From positions 248,001 through 312,000 of the forward strand of contig JAQGDQ010000239.1 of the NCBI GenBank assembly GCA_030141605.1: a stretch of DNA of 64,000 bases, in the 5' to 3' direction. Origin of the DNA: Tubiluchus corallicola. Taxonomy: Eukaryota > Animalia > Priapulida. This document shows, in pieces, positions 39,601-53,249 of this stretch; within the stretch, counting starts at the first letter, position 1, and each line of letters opens with the position of its first letter. The position numbers and the translations under genes were made by a program. Under the pieces are notes generated by a model. The model made no database searches. It worked only from the letters and a program-made list of their open reading frames with translations, and was not told where the DNA came from.

Positions 39601-42600
39601 AAAGTTTCACAGAAAATGTTAAATACAAAGAAGTTTAAAACATACAGATAAAATTTAATTTTAAGCATTATACATACCAAAGCCACAAGAATTCCGATAA
39701 TACTGTCCCAATAATTCCATTTACACATAGAAACACCCACTGTTCTCGATTAGGCCATTCAAATGGTTCTTTTCCTGTATAATGCAGAATGAGAAATCCT
39801 GGCCACAATAACAGAAAGTTGAACAGCCCAACAAATCCTAAATACAAAGCCATCAAATACTACATATGACACGACATATAATTTCATTAACAGTTTTAAG
39901 AACTAGCTATTAAAGGCAGGAAAAGCTATACTCTTTGGTGTCTGCCTAAACACATCAAAAATGTTTTTGGGGACAATTTTTCACAAAATTTGTAATTTAG
40001 CAAAATTGAAATCACACGCAACTCAACTTACAACTGAGTAAATGTGAATTTTTTTAAAGGTCAGAGCAGCTCAATGACATCTATAAATGGGATACTTTTG
40101 GCAGACAACAAGAGCACAATCGTACGTGACAATATAAGAAACTGACCAAAGAACATTGCAATATCAAGTCGATCTTCATTTTCAGCCTTCTTTTTCAGTA
40201 ACACGAGATAAATTGCGTAGAAGATGGCACTGCACAATGCCCAAATGGCACCACTAGGGACAGCTCCTTCAACATGGATGTCAGCAAAGCAAACCAGGAT
40301 AACACCACTGATACTGCAAAACAAAGATTTAGCTTGCTGTATAGTCAGATTGCAAAGTGGTGATGGAAATGCAACATTGTGAACCAACAGAAACAATTTC
40401 CAAACTTAAGGTATGTGAAAAAATGGTCTTTCTTTTATTTGCCAAAGGTTTTGTGAGAGATTTGTTTTCACATCCAAAACCAAATTCTAGTAACATCGGT
40501 GTTAGTTTACTTTACGCTAGCTTTAAAGGCAGCACAATGCATAATCTGGGACAAATTTTTACAGAGAAAAAGGTTTAAATTATTACCAAACTTAATCCAA
40601 ACAATCACAAAAAACTTAACATGATGTTAAGAAAAATTAATAATCCCATAAGCTTTCTGCAGGCAAAATGTAAGAATTCTGTTTCAAACTGAAACTTAAA
40701 TACAACCCATCGCTCAAGCTCACCAGAATATTCTTTGCTTAACAATGTACCAAAAAGTAAATTATGATGCTATTAATTATGTCAAGACAATATTACACCA
40801 ACAATTATTAATTTAGTCTGAAAACACTTTTTCACGATTGTTGTTATTTCAAAAAACCAATTTAACTAGTGTATGTTCTACCTTACAAGCACAGCCAAGA
40901 GCTTGGATATAGAAAATCTGTCTGCTGGTGTACTTGGAAACATTGCTGCAAGTACTAAAGTAAAGAATGCAGATAGACTTGACAGCAAATTCACAACACC
41001 TGCTTGAGTATATGCTATTGCTTCCTGGTATGACATATTAGCTAGAAACCACTGAAAGAAGGCAAATAAGAACAAAATAAATAAAAAAGCAACTCATGTC
41101 CTTGTAAACTGTAAACATATACTACTGTCTATTGTCAATTATGTAAAGATGTTTGGCAAACATTACATCAGAATTTAGAAGCAACTATGAAAAAGAAACA
41201 AATTTTACAAACAGCACATTTTGTGCAAAACAGTGATGAACAGTGATCAACATAAATAGCAGCAGTAACAGTAACAGTAACACAGATAACTAATATATTA
41301 TAGTCAACAGTATCTTAAAGTTATGGAAAAGATGTTTGTAGCTAACACAAGAAATGTGACCCAACCATGAATTACTCAGCCAAAAAAGCTGTGCTATACA
41401 TATGTTTTTCTTCATTAATTAGCTGTTAATTGTTGCAAAGATTGACGTTTTTCCTAATATATTCAGAATATCAATTTTTTATATTTAAATCTGAATACCA
41501 ATATGATACGATACGGCTTTTATTAATTCACTGGGAATATTGTTACATATCCTTTAATCACGAATTTTATTGAAGACTTTCTAATGTTACTATTGCAGTT
41601 GACTTAGATCAGGTCAGCATGTTGGACTTACCAAGATGCAAAAGAAAAAGGCTAACTTTGCCACCTGTGTTATAGATAATTTTCCGTTGACGCGTTTCAT
41701 AACTTCCTCAGCACGTACGGAAGCTGTATAAGACAAACGAGCTAAATTGGCTTCTTCTGCTTGGGACTCTGACAACTGCCGTACTTCAATTACCTTGCTG
41801 AATCGAACTGATCGAGCATTTGCACCAACTGGTAAAAGGTAACAGTTTATTAGATGCACACTTTTTACAGTTATGTAAGATTTTATAACATATTTTCATT
41901 TAGCGTTTCGCAACGAATGTAGCATTTAATTCAGCAAAATGTCAGAACTTTTGATATCCAATTAGCAATACAAAATCAACATACGGGAATCATCTGATTC
42001 GGTACCACTGTTTCTTTCTGAATCGCTATACTCAACAGGTATGTAACGAGGTTCACTCTGCAAGAAAATTATTAAGCCTAATTATCTATAATATTAACTG
42101 CAAGGTTAAAGTTGTTACTAAAGTTGTAATGAATCAAAAAAATTATTTATCATAATTTTGGCATCTAATTCAACAAAAAAGAAGAAAATGTGAAAAAGCT
42201 AAGACACACATTTCCTTCCTACTGTAGTTTCACAAATTTCAGTTCCACTGTAATCCAAGCTTCAGTCCCGACTTTTTCACATTTCTTTGGCCTCAGAAAT
42301 AAAAAACGTTCAACAAGAAAATATTAATTTCCTTAATATTTATTTTTTCAATAACCTTGTCTGTTCATCTTAATACTTTCTCTACCCCGAAAGAGTGCCT
42401 AAAATTATGCTGGCTACCACACTAAGGTGCACTGCTCATGACTAAACACATTTATGAGGTCTGGCATTGCTCATCCCAGGTGCCTTTTTCTCCACCAAAA
42501 CAATGAAAATGAAAAAGTCACTTGCTCGAGGGCAAGGACTCCAAAGCAGAACAACAGTATGATTAAGGCTGTCATTAATTCCAAAATTTGGCATTTTCAT

Positions 42601-45600
42601 GCTAAATTTTGTGGTCCAATGCCAAATTAAAACATATAATTTGGGTATAAAACTGTAAACTTCAAAAGACAAAAATAAATTCGGTTGCATCATGATGGTA
42701 CCAATATTCTAGCTTTATGCATCAGGAAAATACATCAAATTATGTTCCATTGAACACTGCACTCAAATTTTTACTTAAAGTTTCAACGCAACAACTATTC
42801 GTCTCATTTATTACTGTTTTTCAGTGTGTTTTCAGCATTTGTTGTCAATAAAGGAGAAAACAAAAAACTCACTGAGTTACTAAATGAAAATTGGGTTTGT
42901 GTGCAGTAAACAACAATATTTATAACAACAAATTTTTCTACTTTGCTGCCACAGAATAGTTAGAAGTGAATGTTTTTTGTAGATTTTGCACTTCCCGTTT
43001 GCAATGATAAAAAGTGTGAAAACTGTGTAATTTTCAATATTTCAAATTGTGTACACCACTTGGTGCTCTAGTTACGGCTGCAAATATTACCTATGAGGTG
43101 AAAAGAAGGAATTAACCCTCGAACAAAATTCTTTCTATTTCAATACACATCTAAAAATGTTGAAATTATTGTACATAATACATGTATAAAACGCCTTGCT
43201 TAAAAATGCAAAAGAAATTTAAATATTTCTTATTTCCCATCACCGGAGAACCTCGCTGCGGGTGGATTGGAAAAAAAATGATGAGAGCTGGAGGACAGTG
43301 TGAAACCAAACCTATGAAGGTACAAGTAGCGAAACTACTACAGTTTACTCAGAAGTTCCAGTATTCTAGCAATGTATTTAACTACGTTTATGTAAAAATT
43401 AGTCATCGGATGAATTAGCAACAACTTTAAAGTGCTTAGATAACTTTAATCCACAGGATTAATCCTTAAAATATGTTTACTTTTATATTATTATCAAATT
43501 TTTGTCAACTTTCGGATAACATACGACTGCAAGTAGTGCAATTACAAACTTGCATTGTTTCTTTAACTAGCCCCTACATGGCAAACAAAAAATTGCTCAG
43601 TAACCATAGCAATGCCAACTTTGGCAATGCCCATTCTGGCAGTGTTGTTATAAGCTACAGCAGGATAATGAACATAGCCGCTGCATATCACAAACACAAT
43701 GGCAACCTATTGTTCCAGCTAAGCTGTGGCTTGCTGCTGCATGAAATTTTGCACATTTTTTTTTTACAAATATCATTAAGGCACAAAAAGTTTATGTCCA
43801 GCATTTGCATAAATAACATATTCCAGTTGAATATTTCATTAGCTATTTGAAGAAGCTGGCTGTTTTTGTTTTAAGTAGGCAAATAATTTTACTTGAGAAA
43901 AATCGGCTGGTAACCCATGAAAAACACTTCATTTACTGAACAAAACAGCTAAAACACTTAATAATTTTACTAAAAGTGCACACAACCCAAAAATGATCTT
44001 GACACAAAAATGTGAGCATTTTAAAGTTTAAGAACTCTTCCTAATAGACCCATTGGCTGTTTTTGCCTGCAAATGCTCATTGTAACAAAATTAACGAATA
44101 TTGGGTAAAAAGTGAAATTTCTTAAAGACCAACAAGTTGATCAGGTACAGCAATTGTCCTATTTGCAGTCGCATGAACATGTAATTCCTCAAGCATATGC
44201 AGGCAGTTTACAGAGTTCAGTCTTAGCATGTTAAAATAATTACTCTCTTACAGTGGGGTTGATTCCACATTACTATGCTACCATCAGTAACTGTTTTTGA
44301 TTGAATGGTCTGCAGCAAGATTCAACAAAAGCAAAAAATAGTATTAATAATCTCTAGTTTAACGTTTTGGATTGCTTATAGCTGATAATTGTAACTGCAC
44401 CTGAAAAAAACGATTGCTCAAACAACTGGCGGGATAAGTGTTTATACTGCACGGTAACTGGATGACGCCATTTGACCCCGTGTGAAATGATCGCAAATTT
44501 AAATTGATTTTACTAATTACGCAAGGTGCATATCACAACTTTATTGTTGAAACTTTCTTCTCAAATATTATATTTGAGAAACATTTTTCTCAAATATTAA
44601 AATAAGCTCCCGAGAGAGGTGGCTTTTCCTTTAAATGAGTTTTGCTGGCTTCAATACAAATATCGTTAAAAACAAAACCAAATGTTTGTGTTGAAAAAAA
44701 TCTAAATCAATTTTTAAGCTTGCATAAAATGATGTCAATTTTAAAGCAGCATTGCATTCTAAGATGCCAAAAACATTAACGACAGCCTTAGCTATAAGAC
44801 TTAAACAAATAAACCCAGGATTATGATTGAAGAAACTAGCTGGCTGAGCTCAGGCCTAGGCAGCGCATCGGGTCTGTTAGGGTCACAAACCCGGAACCCG
44901 AAATTACAGACCCCTCGCACCTAAAGAAAAACAGTGTCTCGCTGTATTGCACTTTTAGTTTTCTCATCATTTAGTTAGCTATAAGGCTTCCATTATACAT
45001 GTTAGTAACACAATTTCTGTCTTTCAGTTAGCAAAATTGAACAGTACACGAGTTGCTGCTACCCCTTCGTGATAATAATGCTGCAACAGATTTTTATTGC
45101 AACATTTCAGGAAAAAAGAAAAATGTTCTTTGAGAAGTTTTGTACAGGGATAATGAGTTAGCTCATTTTATCGCGTATTAACTTATTTTGCTTTAGACTT
45201 GAAAAATTAGGTGCAAGAAATGTGCACTATGATGCAACAAAATTTAGCTGTAATCAGTTGACGTGGATGTCTTTGGCAGAAGTATGTCAATATATAAACT
45301 GAAGCTAGTGCACCTTGCTGTACTTCGTTTGCACAGTGATTCCTCATGGCTGAACAATTTTAATAGGCCAAGACTTATATTGGGTAATGTATAAAAGCTA
45401 GCTCATGAAAACTAGTTAATCCACTGATTAAAAAGCAATTGCTGTTCTTGAATTAAAACCTAAATTTGTATCCTTGATCGCAAAAAAACAGCTGAAAAAC
45501 TGTTTACTGAATAGATTTTTTCGACCATTATAGACAAAAAACACCTAAAATCAAGGAAAATGCATTGGTTTTTGTCCAATATAAGCCATGAGCTCTACTG

Positions 45601-48417
45601 AGGGAGCGCTGTAAACTCCACCAGACGTTCTAGTTTGTTTTTTGCTCTGTTTGTCATGAGACCCCTTACTCAATTAATTGCACTTTAAGCACTTTAGGCC
45701 TTAAACTCTCAAGCTCTCGGTTGCATACAGATGCATTCAGTTAATATGCTAAATCCAATAATAAAATAAGTAAATTATGTACTATAAGCTGTTCAGTATC
45801 AGCAGTAGTTCGTTCACTCTCAGTAATCGTCTGTGAAGAGTATCCACACTGCTGTCGCCATGGTTTCCAGAATATGAAGCCAGTCAAATACAGCATAAAC
45901 AATGATGTTTTAAAGTAAGTCGTAAAAAATGGTTTGTTGAAATTCAAGCCAGCATCCTCACTGAAGATGTACTGCAACATATATATATTAAATGCATACA
46001 AAATATCAATTAACTAATTTGTAAGAAAACAATTCAAGCTGGAAGCATTTAGCTGGAGGTAGATTTCAATGCATATAATACAATGCACGATACAGAATTG
46101 CAATTAACAGATTTAACAAAACAATACAAGCTAGTTCCAGTGATGCACCAGGTATTCGAATTTCACATTACAAGAGCCAGATGCAGGCTGAACAATTGGC
46201 TTGACTCAAAGTGTTACTCTTAAGTGCACACCCAGCTAGGTTTAACCAGAGGCAGAAAATCTTAAAAATGTTCTTGGGACTGAAAGCTGGTGTCCTGGTG
46301 ACAGTCCAAGCCCAGAGACTTTTATAAAGTATCTAGGATCAACTTAGTTTTGTGTGGAGGGGGAGGGGGTTACAGCAAAGGCCTCCATGAAGATTTGAAA
46401 AGCTGGACTTACAAAAAGCCAATTTTATTAGAATTTGCACCACTTACATGTATCCTCATTGATAATACAGTTGCCATCTTCAAACATTATTTCAGTTATT
46501 GTCACACACTGACTTATAGTATTAATTAGTAGTTTATATACAGACCAGACCACGTGCAGTTAAATGATTTAAAACTCCGATGCTTAGCAAGATAATTTTG
46601 CCTTATCTTAAATACTGTTGCATAGAGTTTCATAGAACTGTATACTAAGAAAGAAGACCTTTATTTTGTTTGGCTCACAATTTTTATCACTTCGCTAGGA
46701 CTCAACTTCAAACAATAATTTTGAAAAATATCTCACCAATCACGCACTTGTTATGTCAGATGTTGCTTAATTACTGAAGGAAGTTTTTTGACTGTGAAAA
46801 AGTAACTAACCGTGAGGTTTTTAAGATATTAGCACATAACATGACTAGGTGGCAAAATGAGTTGGTATGGTGACTATAATAGTATAATTTGAAGCTAATT
46901 ACAATTCAGTGAGTCAGTGAGACAACGCTTATTATGAAGTGAATTTTAATACAGCTGACTCGTGAGGCTTGGAAGTTTAATTGGGTTGCTGCAAAAATCA
47001 ATAAATCTGATCTTTATAGCAGCAAGCCTATTTATAAAACGAGATCACTATTATAATAGTTCAGTTAGAGTTAATGCATAATTACTATGCACATACATTA
47101 TGCTTGCACATTTTGTAATTGTCAAGCTTTTGAGGAGTGTGATATAAATCATGCAGTACGCAAGGACAAATTGCAGCGTATGCAGATGCACAGAAAAAAT
47201 ATTACCCCAAGTAATAATTACGTTGTAATTTTGGTAATTATTAGAATGTGGAACAGTTTAGTTGTTTCTACTAATAACGAGTGGAAAACAGGAAAACATC
47301 GAAACTTTTTTCTATTAAAATTGTAAGAAAAAAATTTAAGAAAAAATTTGTGTCCCTCTGCCAGAAGAAGTGTCCCACGAACTACATTCTTCAGTCCGGT
47401 AAGATTTTCCTGGCCTGGATCTAATTCAGTAAATTGGCGAAAAATTGAATTAGTGTCTGATCTAGTCTAGCAAAGTGATGCATAGAAATAATCACTTAAA
47501 AAAGAAATTCCTTTTCTTTAAGATTTCATTAACTTCTTACTATACATGTATAATAATATAACAATGCCAAATGCTGGTACATAAGACTGATCAAAACAAA
47601 TACCGTACTAAACGTGTAAAAAACTTCTTAGCTTTGTATAATGCACACATACAGTTAAAGTAAAGTAAGCCTTGCATTTCTGGCAACAGCTATAACCATA
47701 ATATTGTAGCGTATTAATCTATTTTCATTACTGCAGGAATAACTGAAAATTATTACACTTGCTGTCTATGAAACTCAGTAAATTCTTCAGTGACAGATTC
47801 ACAATTACAAAAAGGACTTAAAATGAATTTTTGATGAAACACATGTTGAAAATGGACACAAAATGGATAGCAAAAGTTATTATTATGTAGCCAGTAACGT
47901 GTGTATAGTCTGTTATTCTACATTGGTAATACAAACACTTTTCTTAAGCTCACATTACTGGCATCAAAGCCAACTTACATGAAAGCAGTTGCAGCCATTT
48001 GAGAGTTAACATTTCATGGAAAATTTATTACCTATAAACAATGATAATCATAATTTATATACCATGCAACAACTTCACTGTTTTGGTAATGTTGAAAGTG
48101 TCAGCTCAAGCATTATTGGGAGATCCTGTATTCTGTTAACTATTAATAAGCATGTTGATTGTTAATCCAGCCTTGTAAACAAAAGAATACATTCTATCGA
48201 TCAAACCAGGTCCAGTAAAAAAATCCTGACCTGCCTGGGGTCTGGTGCACCACTAGTGAGCTTAACTGAGTAGCAAATGTTTTTCAGAACAAAGTTTCAT
48301 GCTTACACGTGTCAATTCTGAAGAAGCAACCCATATTAACACAACAAGAAGCAACACAAAGACACCAAGCAGCAAACGCTGTGTTTTGCTCAAGTTTAAC
48401 ACAACTCCAAATACCAT
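36680..48417 (-). CDS. SLC35F5: Solute carrier family 35 member F5-like (EamA/DMT-fold transporter), ~460 aa, complete
   Basis: 10 GT-AG exons in frame (1383 nt incl. TGA): 48417-48307, 45971-45783, 42057-41985, 41828-41632, 41051-40882, 40313-40147, 39837-39678, 39040-38950, 37816-37656, 36743-36680. Motifs [80 protein letters not shown] are characteristic of SLC35F5. An acceptor at ~48465 implies an upstream non-coding exon. Confidence 0.93.
46138..48255. mobile_element. Possible old hAT-like non-autonomous element in SLC35F5 intron 1
   Basis: CAGTGATGCACCAG at 46138 versus CTGGTGCACCACTA ending at 48255 (12/14 inverted match). No convincing TSD. A similar end occurs at position 1. Confidence 0.35.
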
Positions 48418-49020
48418 CACTGGTCAGTACATAATGTAGTTACATTCTCAAATGTTTTCAATACCTATAATTAAAGAATCGATTATTACAGCAAAATACA
48501 AATATGATGTTTTGCTTTGAAGTATTAGTATTTAACGGTAGTCCGATTTATTGCTGATGATAATGAACAAGTTTATAAAGTCAATAGTGAACATTCAGGA
48601 GTCTTGCAATATCTTAGTTAGTGTAGCAAAAGTGACAAATCAATTTTTCAGCTTGTTTTCCATAGCAAATAGAATAAATCAAACTTTTATTCAGTTTGGT
48701 ATGGAAAAGCTAGAAGTTAAAGACAAAAGCTAAAATCCAGCATCACTGCTGTGTAACTAATTATCTTTCTTTGGTTATATAAGCATGTTTCTCAGATTGC
48801 AGTTACTCAACATGAGTTTGCATTGGCTTAGTATAAAAGTTCTGAATTCAGAGTGCAGATGTCACATGTAATGCACTAAACACACTCAATGCTGCCAATT
48901 GTTGATTGGGGATCATTACATAGCAAATATCTGTCATCATTATAGTACCATTAATGCATTTGTAGTGCCACATTACCAGGCTGTTTGTGTGCTGGTGGAA
49001 GCTCTTTTATATAGTCTAGT

Positions 49021-49123
49021 TAGCAATTTGCAAGATTTTATTGCTGGCTGGTCAGAGAATGAATATCGCATAGCAATTTTTTGCAAGATTTTATAGCTGG
49101 CTTGTCGGAGAATGAATATCGCA
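49021..49123. repeat. Tandem duplication, ~51-bp unit x2
   Basis: tagcaattt(tt)gcaagatttta..gctggct.gtc.gagaatgaatatcgca occurs twice, back to back. Confidence 0.9.
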
Positions 49124-49732
49124 TTGAAGAATTTTTTATTATGCAACGGTAATCCTATATTATTGAATTATTACTGAAAGTAAAAAAGGTGGATAATGCA
49201 TTCTGTTAGTATGCTTTTCATGTATGTTTTGGATGTTACCATAAATTTTTTGCTCCAAATTTTTTCACAAATAACATTGAGAATGTTAACTAAATGTCAA
49301 TTTCCTATTTTATATTCATTCATAAAATCAAATGTTATTGACTCCTCGCCAATAATCTAACCTAAAATGACAGAAACTCAGAGCTCCCGTTATCCATAGT
49401 TTTTCGTCAATATCTTTCACGGTATGACGATCCGTATTTTCTAGTGAATGCTTTCGAGACATGGACCGGTATTTTTAGTTGCTGCAGATCCGGATATGGA
49501 TCTGTACCTTTAGTCACTGCCTTTTTTTATGATAAAACAATTATTATTTTTATTGCTTAATATCTCTTAAAATTATCTCTGACTAGAGTAACTTCTTCAT
49601 TGAATTAAGGTTTGTGAGTGATATAATCTATAAATGGCAGCACTGATGAACATGACTTTATGAGCAAAAAATTCAGTATTATACTATTAACTATTAAGCA
49701 TTTAGAGGTGCTTTACTTAGATTAAACAATGA

Positions 49733-49930
49733 CTGGTGACTAGTGGGTTAAGCGCTTATGCACTACTGCTACCGTAAGTACGAATTCGTCTCCCTGGTAG
49801 CAATAAGGTGTTGTATATTGCGATACAGATGCGTATTTGTTAAAGTTACGGATGCCGTAAGGCCACAGGTCAGCTACTGACTTTCATCGTTCAGGAAGAT
49901 TCGCACTCCTGGTCAGAGAAACAACTAGTT
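49733..49930 (+). mobile_element. Possible degenerate tRNA-derived SINE
   Basis: A-box-like TGACTTAGTGG and a weak B-box-like GAATTCGTCTCCC about 40 nt downstream, followed by a GC-richer body. No intact cloverleaf. Confidence 0.35.
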
Positions 49931-50514
49931 TCAATTGGGATAGTAACAACAGTAAATATATGGTTTTCAGTTATATAACACTAAAAAAATTTCATAAGTA
50001 ATAATAAAGTCTTATTTTACTAATGCATTAACGTTAAAAAAGAGAGATAAAAGACGTCACCGGAAAAAGGTAACAAACTATGCAGGAAACCTTTGAAAAG
50101 GAAAGGCTTCTTGTAATCGTAAATATGTGATTTTCCAGCGCTGTCACCTTGTGACTTTTGCAAAAAATATAATAGAAACCTTTTGATTTCAAGTGAATAC
50201 TTTATGCCTTAGTAAAATTACAACATCGTCTCCTGTTGTATCGTAATTAAATTTTACGTTTAAAAATTACGTTTCCTATCATCAAATGTGCCAATGGTCC
50301 AGAAAGTAGTCCCACTAAATGAAAATGGGATGGTGATGTTATTGTAAACGTTTTCCTTTGTTTTTTCTTCATTAAAGCAGGCAAGACAGTGAATTATTAG
50401 ATCCCCTTATGTAGATGTGATAACTTGCCAGACGTGCTGTCACAATACACAGATCATAGCAGTATTGCTCATGTTAGGAAAAGCAATCAGCATTTGGTAA
50501 ATTTTTAGATGTTC

Positions 50515-50731
50515 GAAAAAACTTTGTATTGATTATATGTAATGAAAGGTATTATGGAAGAGCACATACTCGGCCTTTTGTGTTTTAGTGTTGCAGAAAC
50601 GACCTCTTTTCAGCCAAATTTTCAGAAAAAACTTTGTATTGGTTATATGTAATGAAAGGTATTATGCAAGAGCACATACTCGGGCCTTTTGTGTTTTAAT
50701 GTTGCAGAAACTACCTCTTTTCAGCCAAATT
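50515..50731. repeat. Tandem duplication, ~110-bp unit x2
   Basis: gaaaaaactttgtattg.ttatatgtaatgaaaggtattatg.aagagcacatactcgg...cctcttttcagccaaatt at 50515 and 50625, with few mismatches. Confidence 0.92.
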
Positions 50732-50854
50732 AGCCAATTAGATTCTATAATTATGCTGATGATAATACGTAGTGCCTTAGTACTGGACGAAGTGCTTAGT
50801 ACTTAATCATCACTTGGCAAAGTTAAGAAAGCACTAACAAAACCATTTAAAACG

Positions 50855-51520
50855 TAACCTGGTTCGAAAATAATTTTGGCGACAGCAAACCCTGACAAAT
50901 TTCAAAGTGTTTTTACCTAAGCAAAACGTACATTTCCAGTGACGGAAAATTTTTTCATCTAAATAATACCACAATAAAGTGTTCGAGCTATAGTGCAATC
51001 AAACTCCTTGGGAGTCTACATAGATGTAAAATTGGACTTTCTTAACGTGTCTCCTTCATATGTAAAGCAGTTGCAAACAGGACAATATACTATTTCGGTT
51101 AGGAAAGCTGCTAGATACAAAAGTAAATTTAAAACCTCAATGCTTTCATAAAATCCCAGTTTATTTATTTCTCATTAATTTTTCATAGTTGTAGTATTAC
51201 AAATACTAAGAAAATGGAGAGGAAACAGTGGTCCTTCCACATGCAACTTATTCAATGATCTGGCAGTCTGCATACAAACCTTAATAATTAGTGAACAATG
51301 CTTGCAGCTGAAGTACTTAAACACTTAAATGAAATCGACATTGTAGTCTGGAAAACAGTTTCAATATAAAAATCAGTAATATAACTGAGATGAGTACATA
51401 TCCTAGAAATTCCTAGAGATTTATCAACGAAATTTGGGTTATTATTCTGTGTCAAACTTGGATTAAGTTACATAACGAATGTGCAGAGTGTGTAGCAATT
51501 TAAGCAAATTCAGCATAATT
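50855..51520 (+). mobile_element. Decayed CR1/L2-group LINE reverse transcriptase 3' remnant
   Basis: Frameshifted pieces translate to WFENN...ANPDKFQ, KLL/GVYIDVKLDF and FICKAVA, which are typical RT thumb-region motifs. Many stops. Confidence 0.6.
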
Positions 51521-52500
51521 ATATTGACATTAACTCTTGAAATTCTCAGCATTGTAAAAATTCTGTAAACAACAATCTAAATTGCTTGAAAAACCTTGTG
51601 TCGTAATATACTTTGTATACGTCCTTGAAACGCCAAGTAAAACAGTTTGAGATGCAGCTGTGTAGTGTGTGCATGCCCACACAATATTCAGCTTGCATTT
51701 CTGACAATGTGTGTGTTTCAGATGTCAGCCTAGATGCATAAACCGTAAAAATGTGTTTCAACTTACATTGTGTGAATTGCTTGAGAATTTTTTATTTTGT
51801 TTCATTCTCTTTAAACTGTCGGAAAGCAAACAGCTGCTAATATTGTTTTTTGTAAAATTTCGACAGTAAATAATTTTTTTACTATTGGTACTGTAGAAGT
51901 CATGAACGTTTTTCTGCGTGTACGACACTAACTTCGAGTAGCAACACGACCAAGGTTGACGAATGTTTTATGACGCAAAAGATATACCCTCTTTGACGTT
52001 GCACAGTTGAAGCTGTGGTTTTAGGTGGGTTTTATATTTTTGCTTAAATTTTCTTATTCTTTGTTTTTGAAATGTAATTTTTATTGCTGTCATAAAGTTG
52101 GGAATTGGGTTATTTTAGGGTAGATTGCAGTTTAAGTGGTTCTTTTTTTAGGCACTCTCACATCGCCTAAATCGGAAATGTCGCTGAAGGTAGGGCTACA
52201 ATCGAAAGATGCATTCTTTATCTGTACACTAATGTAAAGAAAAGTTGAAACATATCTTCTTTTTATAAAAAATAATTTTAAAAAACTTACTGTTAGCGTC
52301 GCGAGAACAGACTAAGATTGAGCGATTTTATAAAACATTTTCATTTGGGTGTTAGCAGAGAGCGATATTTTTTATCTATTACTGTGCACCACAGCCTCTA
52401 GGAAATCTCTTCACAACGCTTCACAAAAAAAGAACCAAAGTGTGAACTTACTGAAAGGTTAAAAAGAGCTTCGGGCAAATTTTCTCAGCGAGCGTCATTA

Positions 52501-53077
52501 CAGGGCCGTAGTCGGCTTTTGAAAAGTGGTCCGGCCACAGATACGGAACAGGTAGAAAAAGAATACAGCAGCAACATATAGAAGAGTATATTATAATTTA
52601 TAATACAGAGTTATAATATAATAGAGCACTACACATACTCAATGATGACATGATTGATTAAAACTTCCCAAACAAACATGTGCGCCGCTCATTTCTAGCA
52701 GTAAACTCGTTCGCAATTACCTTCAGGTCGAGAGCGTCTGTTCTATCCATATGTACATGCAAAGTCATGAGATTGTTCAGTCTAATTTGAGTCATCGTAC
52801 TCCGCAAATAAGTTTTTACTCTACGCAGGGCTGAGAATGTCCTTTCACTTGTAGAATTTGTAGCCAGAATCACTAGTAGTATCCTGACAAGAATCACAAT
52901 TTTGGAATAGATTGATCGCATCGCAGGTTTAAGTTCACGGAAATAGCCGAATATATCCGAGAGACTGACTGATTATGTGCTTTATCGTTGTCATTATAAA
53001 TAATGAAGGAGAGATGTCTAGGCACGTACGGCAGAAAAAGTGGTCCGGCCATGGCCGGACCGCCGACTACGGCCTTG
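52501..53077 (-). mobile_element. Internally deleted hAT transposon retaining the transposase C-terminal dimerisation domain
   Basis: 16-bp TIRs CAGGGCCGTAGTCGGC / GCCGACTACGGCCTTG (1 mismatch). ORF 52658..52921 reads ILATNSTSERTFSALRRVKTYLRSTMTQIRLNNLMTLHVH, the hATC (Dimer_Tnp_hAT) motif. CATTA is repeated on both flanks. Confidence 0.92.
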
Positions 53078-53249
53078 CATTATGCAGCGACTGTGTGTAC
53101 CAGTAAGTTGTGCTTGCTGGTACTCAGGACCATATATTCCTTGCTATTGAACGGGCCTGCACAAATGTGCCTGTGAAGTCACACTTCACAGATTTTTTCC
53201 TATTTCGGTTTGCACTTCAGATTCGCTGCTATTCTTATACATCCAAACA

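Noticed and set aside
44252-44309. AG/GT-bounded 58-nt candidate extra SLC35F5 exon
   Set aside because: It would shift the frame between two phase-0 junctions. Exon 2 joins exon 3 in frame without it.
49733-49800. tRNA gene
   Set aside because: Only degenerate A/B boxes and no cloverleaf. Kept at most as a SINE-like remnant.
49021-50731. CRISPR-like or satellite array
   Set aside because: Only isolated two-unit tandem duplications without spacers, in a eukaryotic context with no cas genes.
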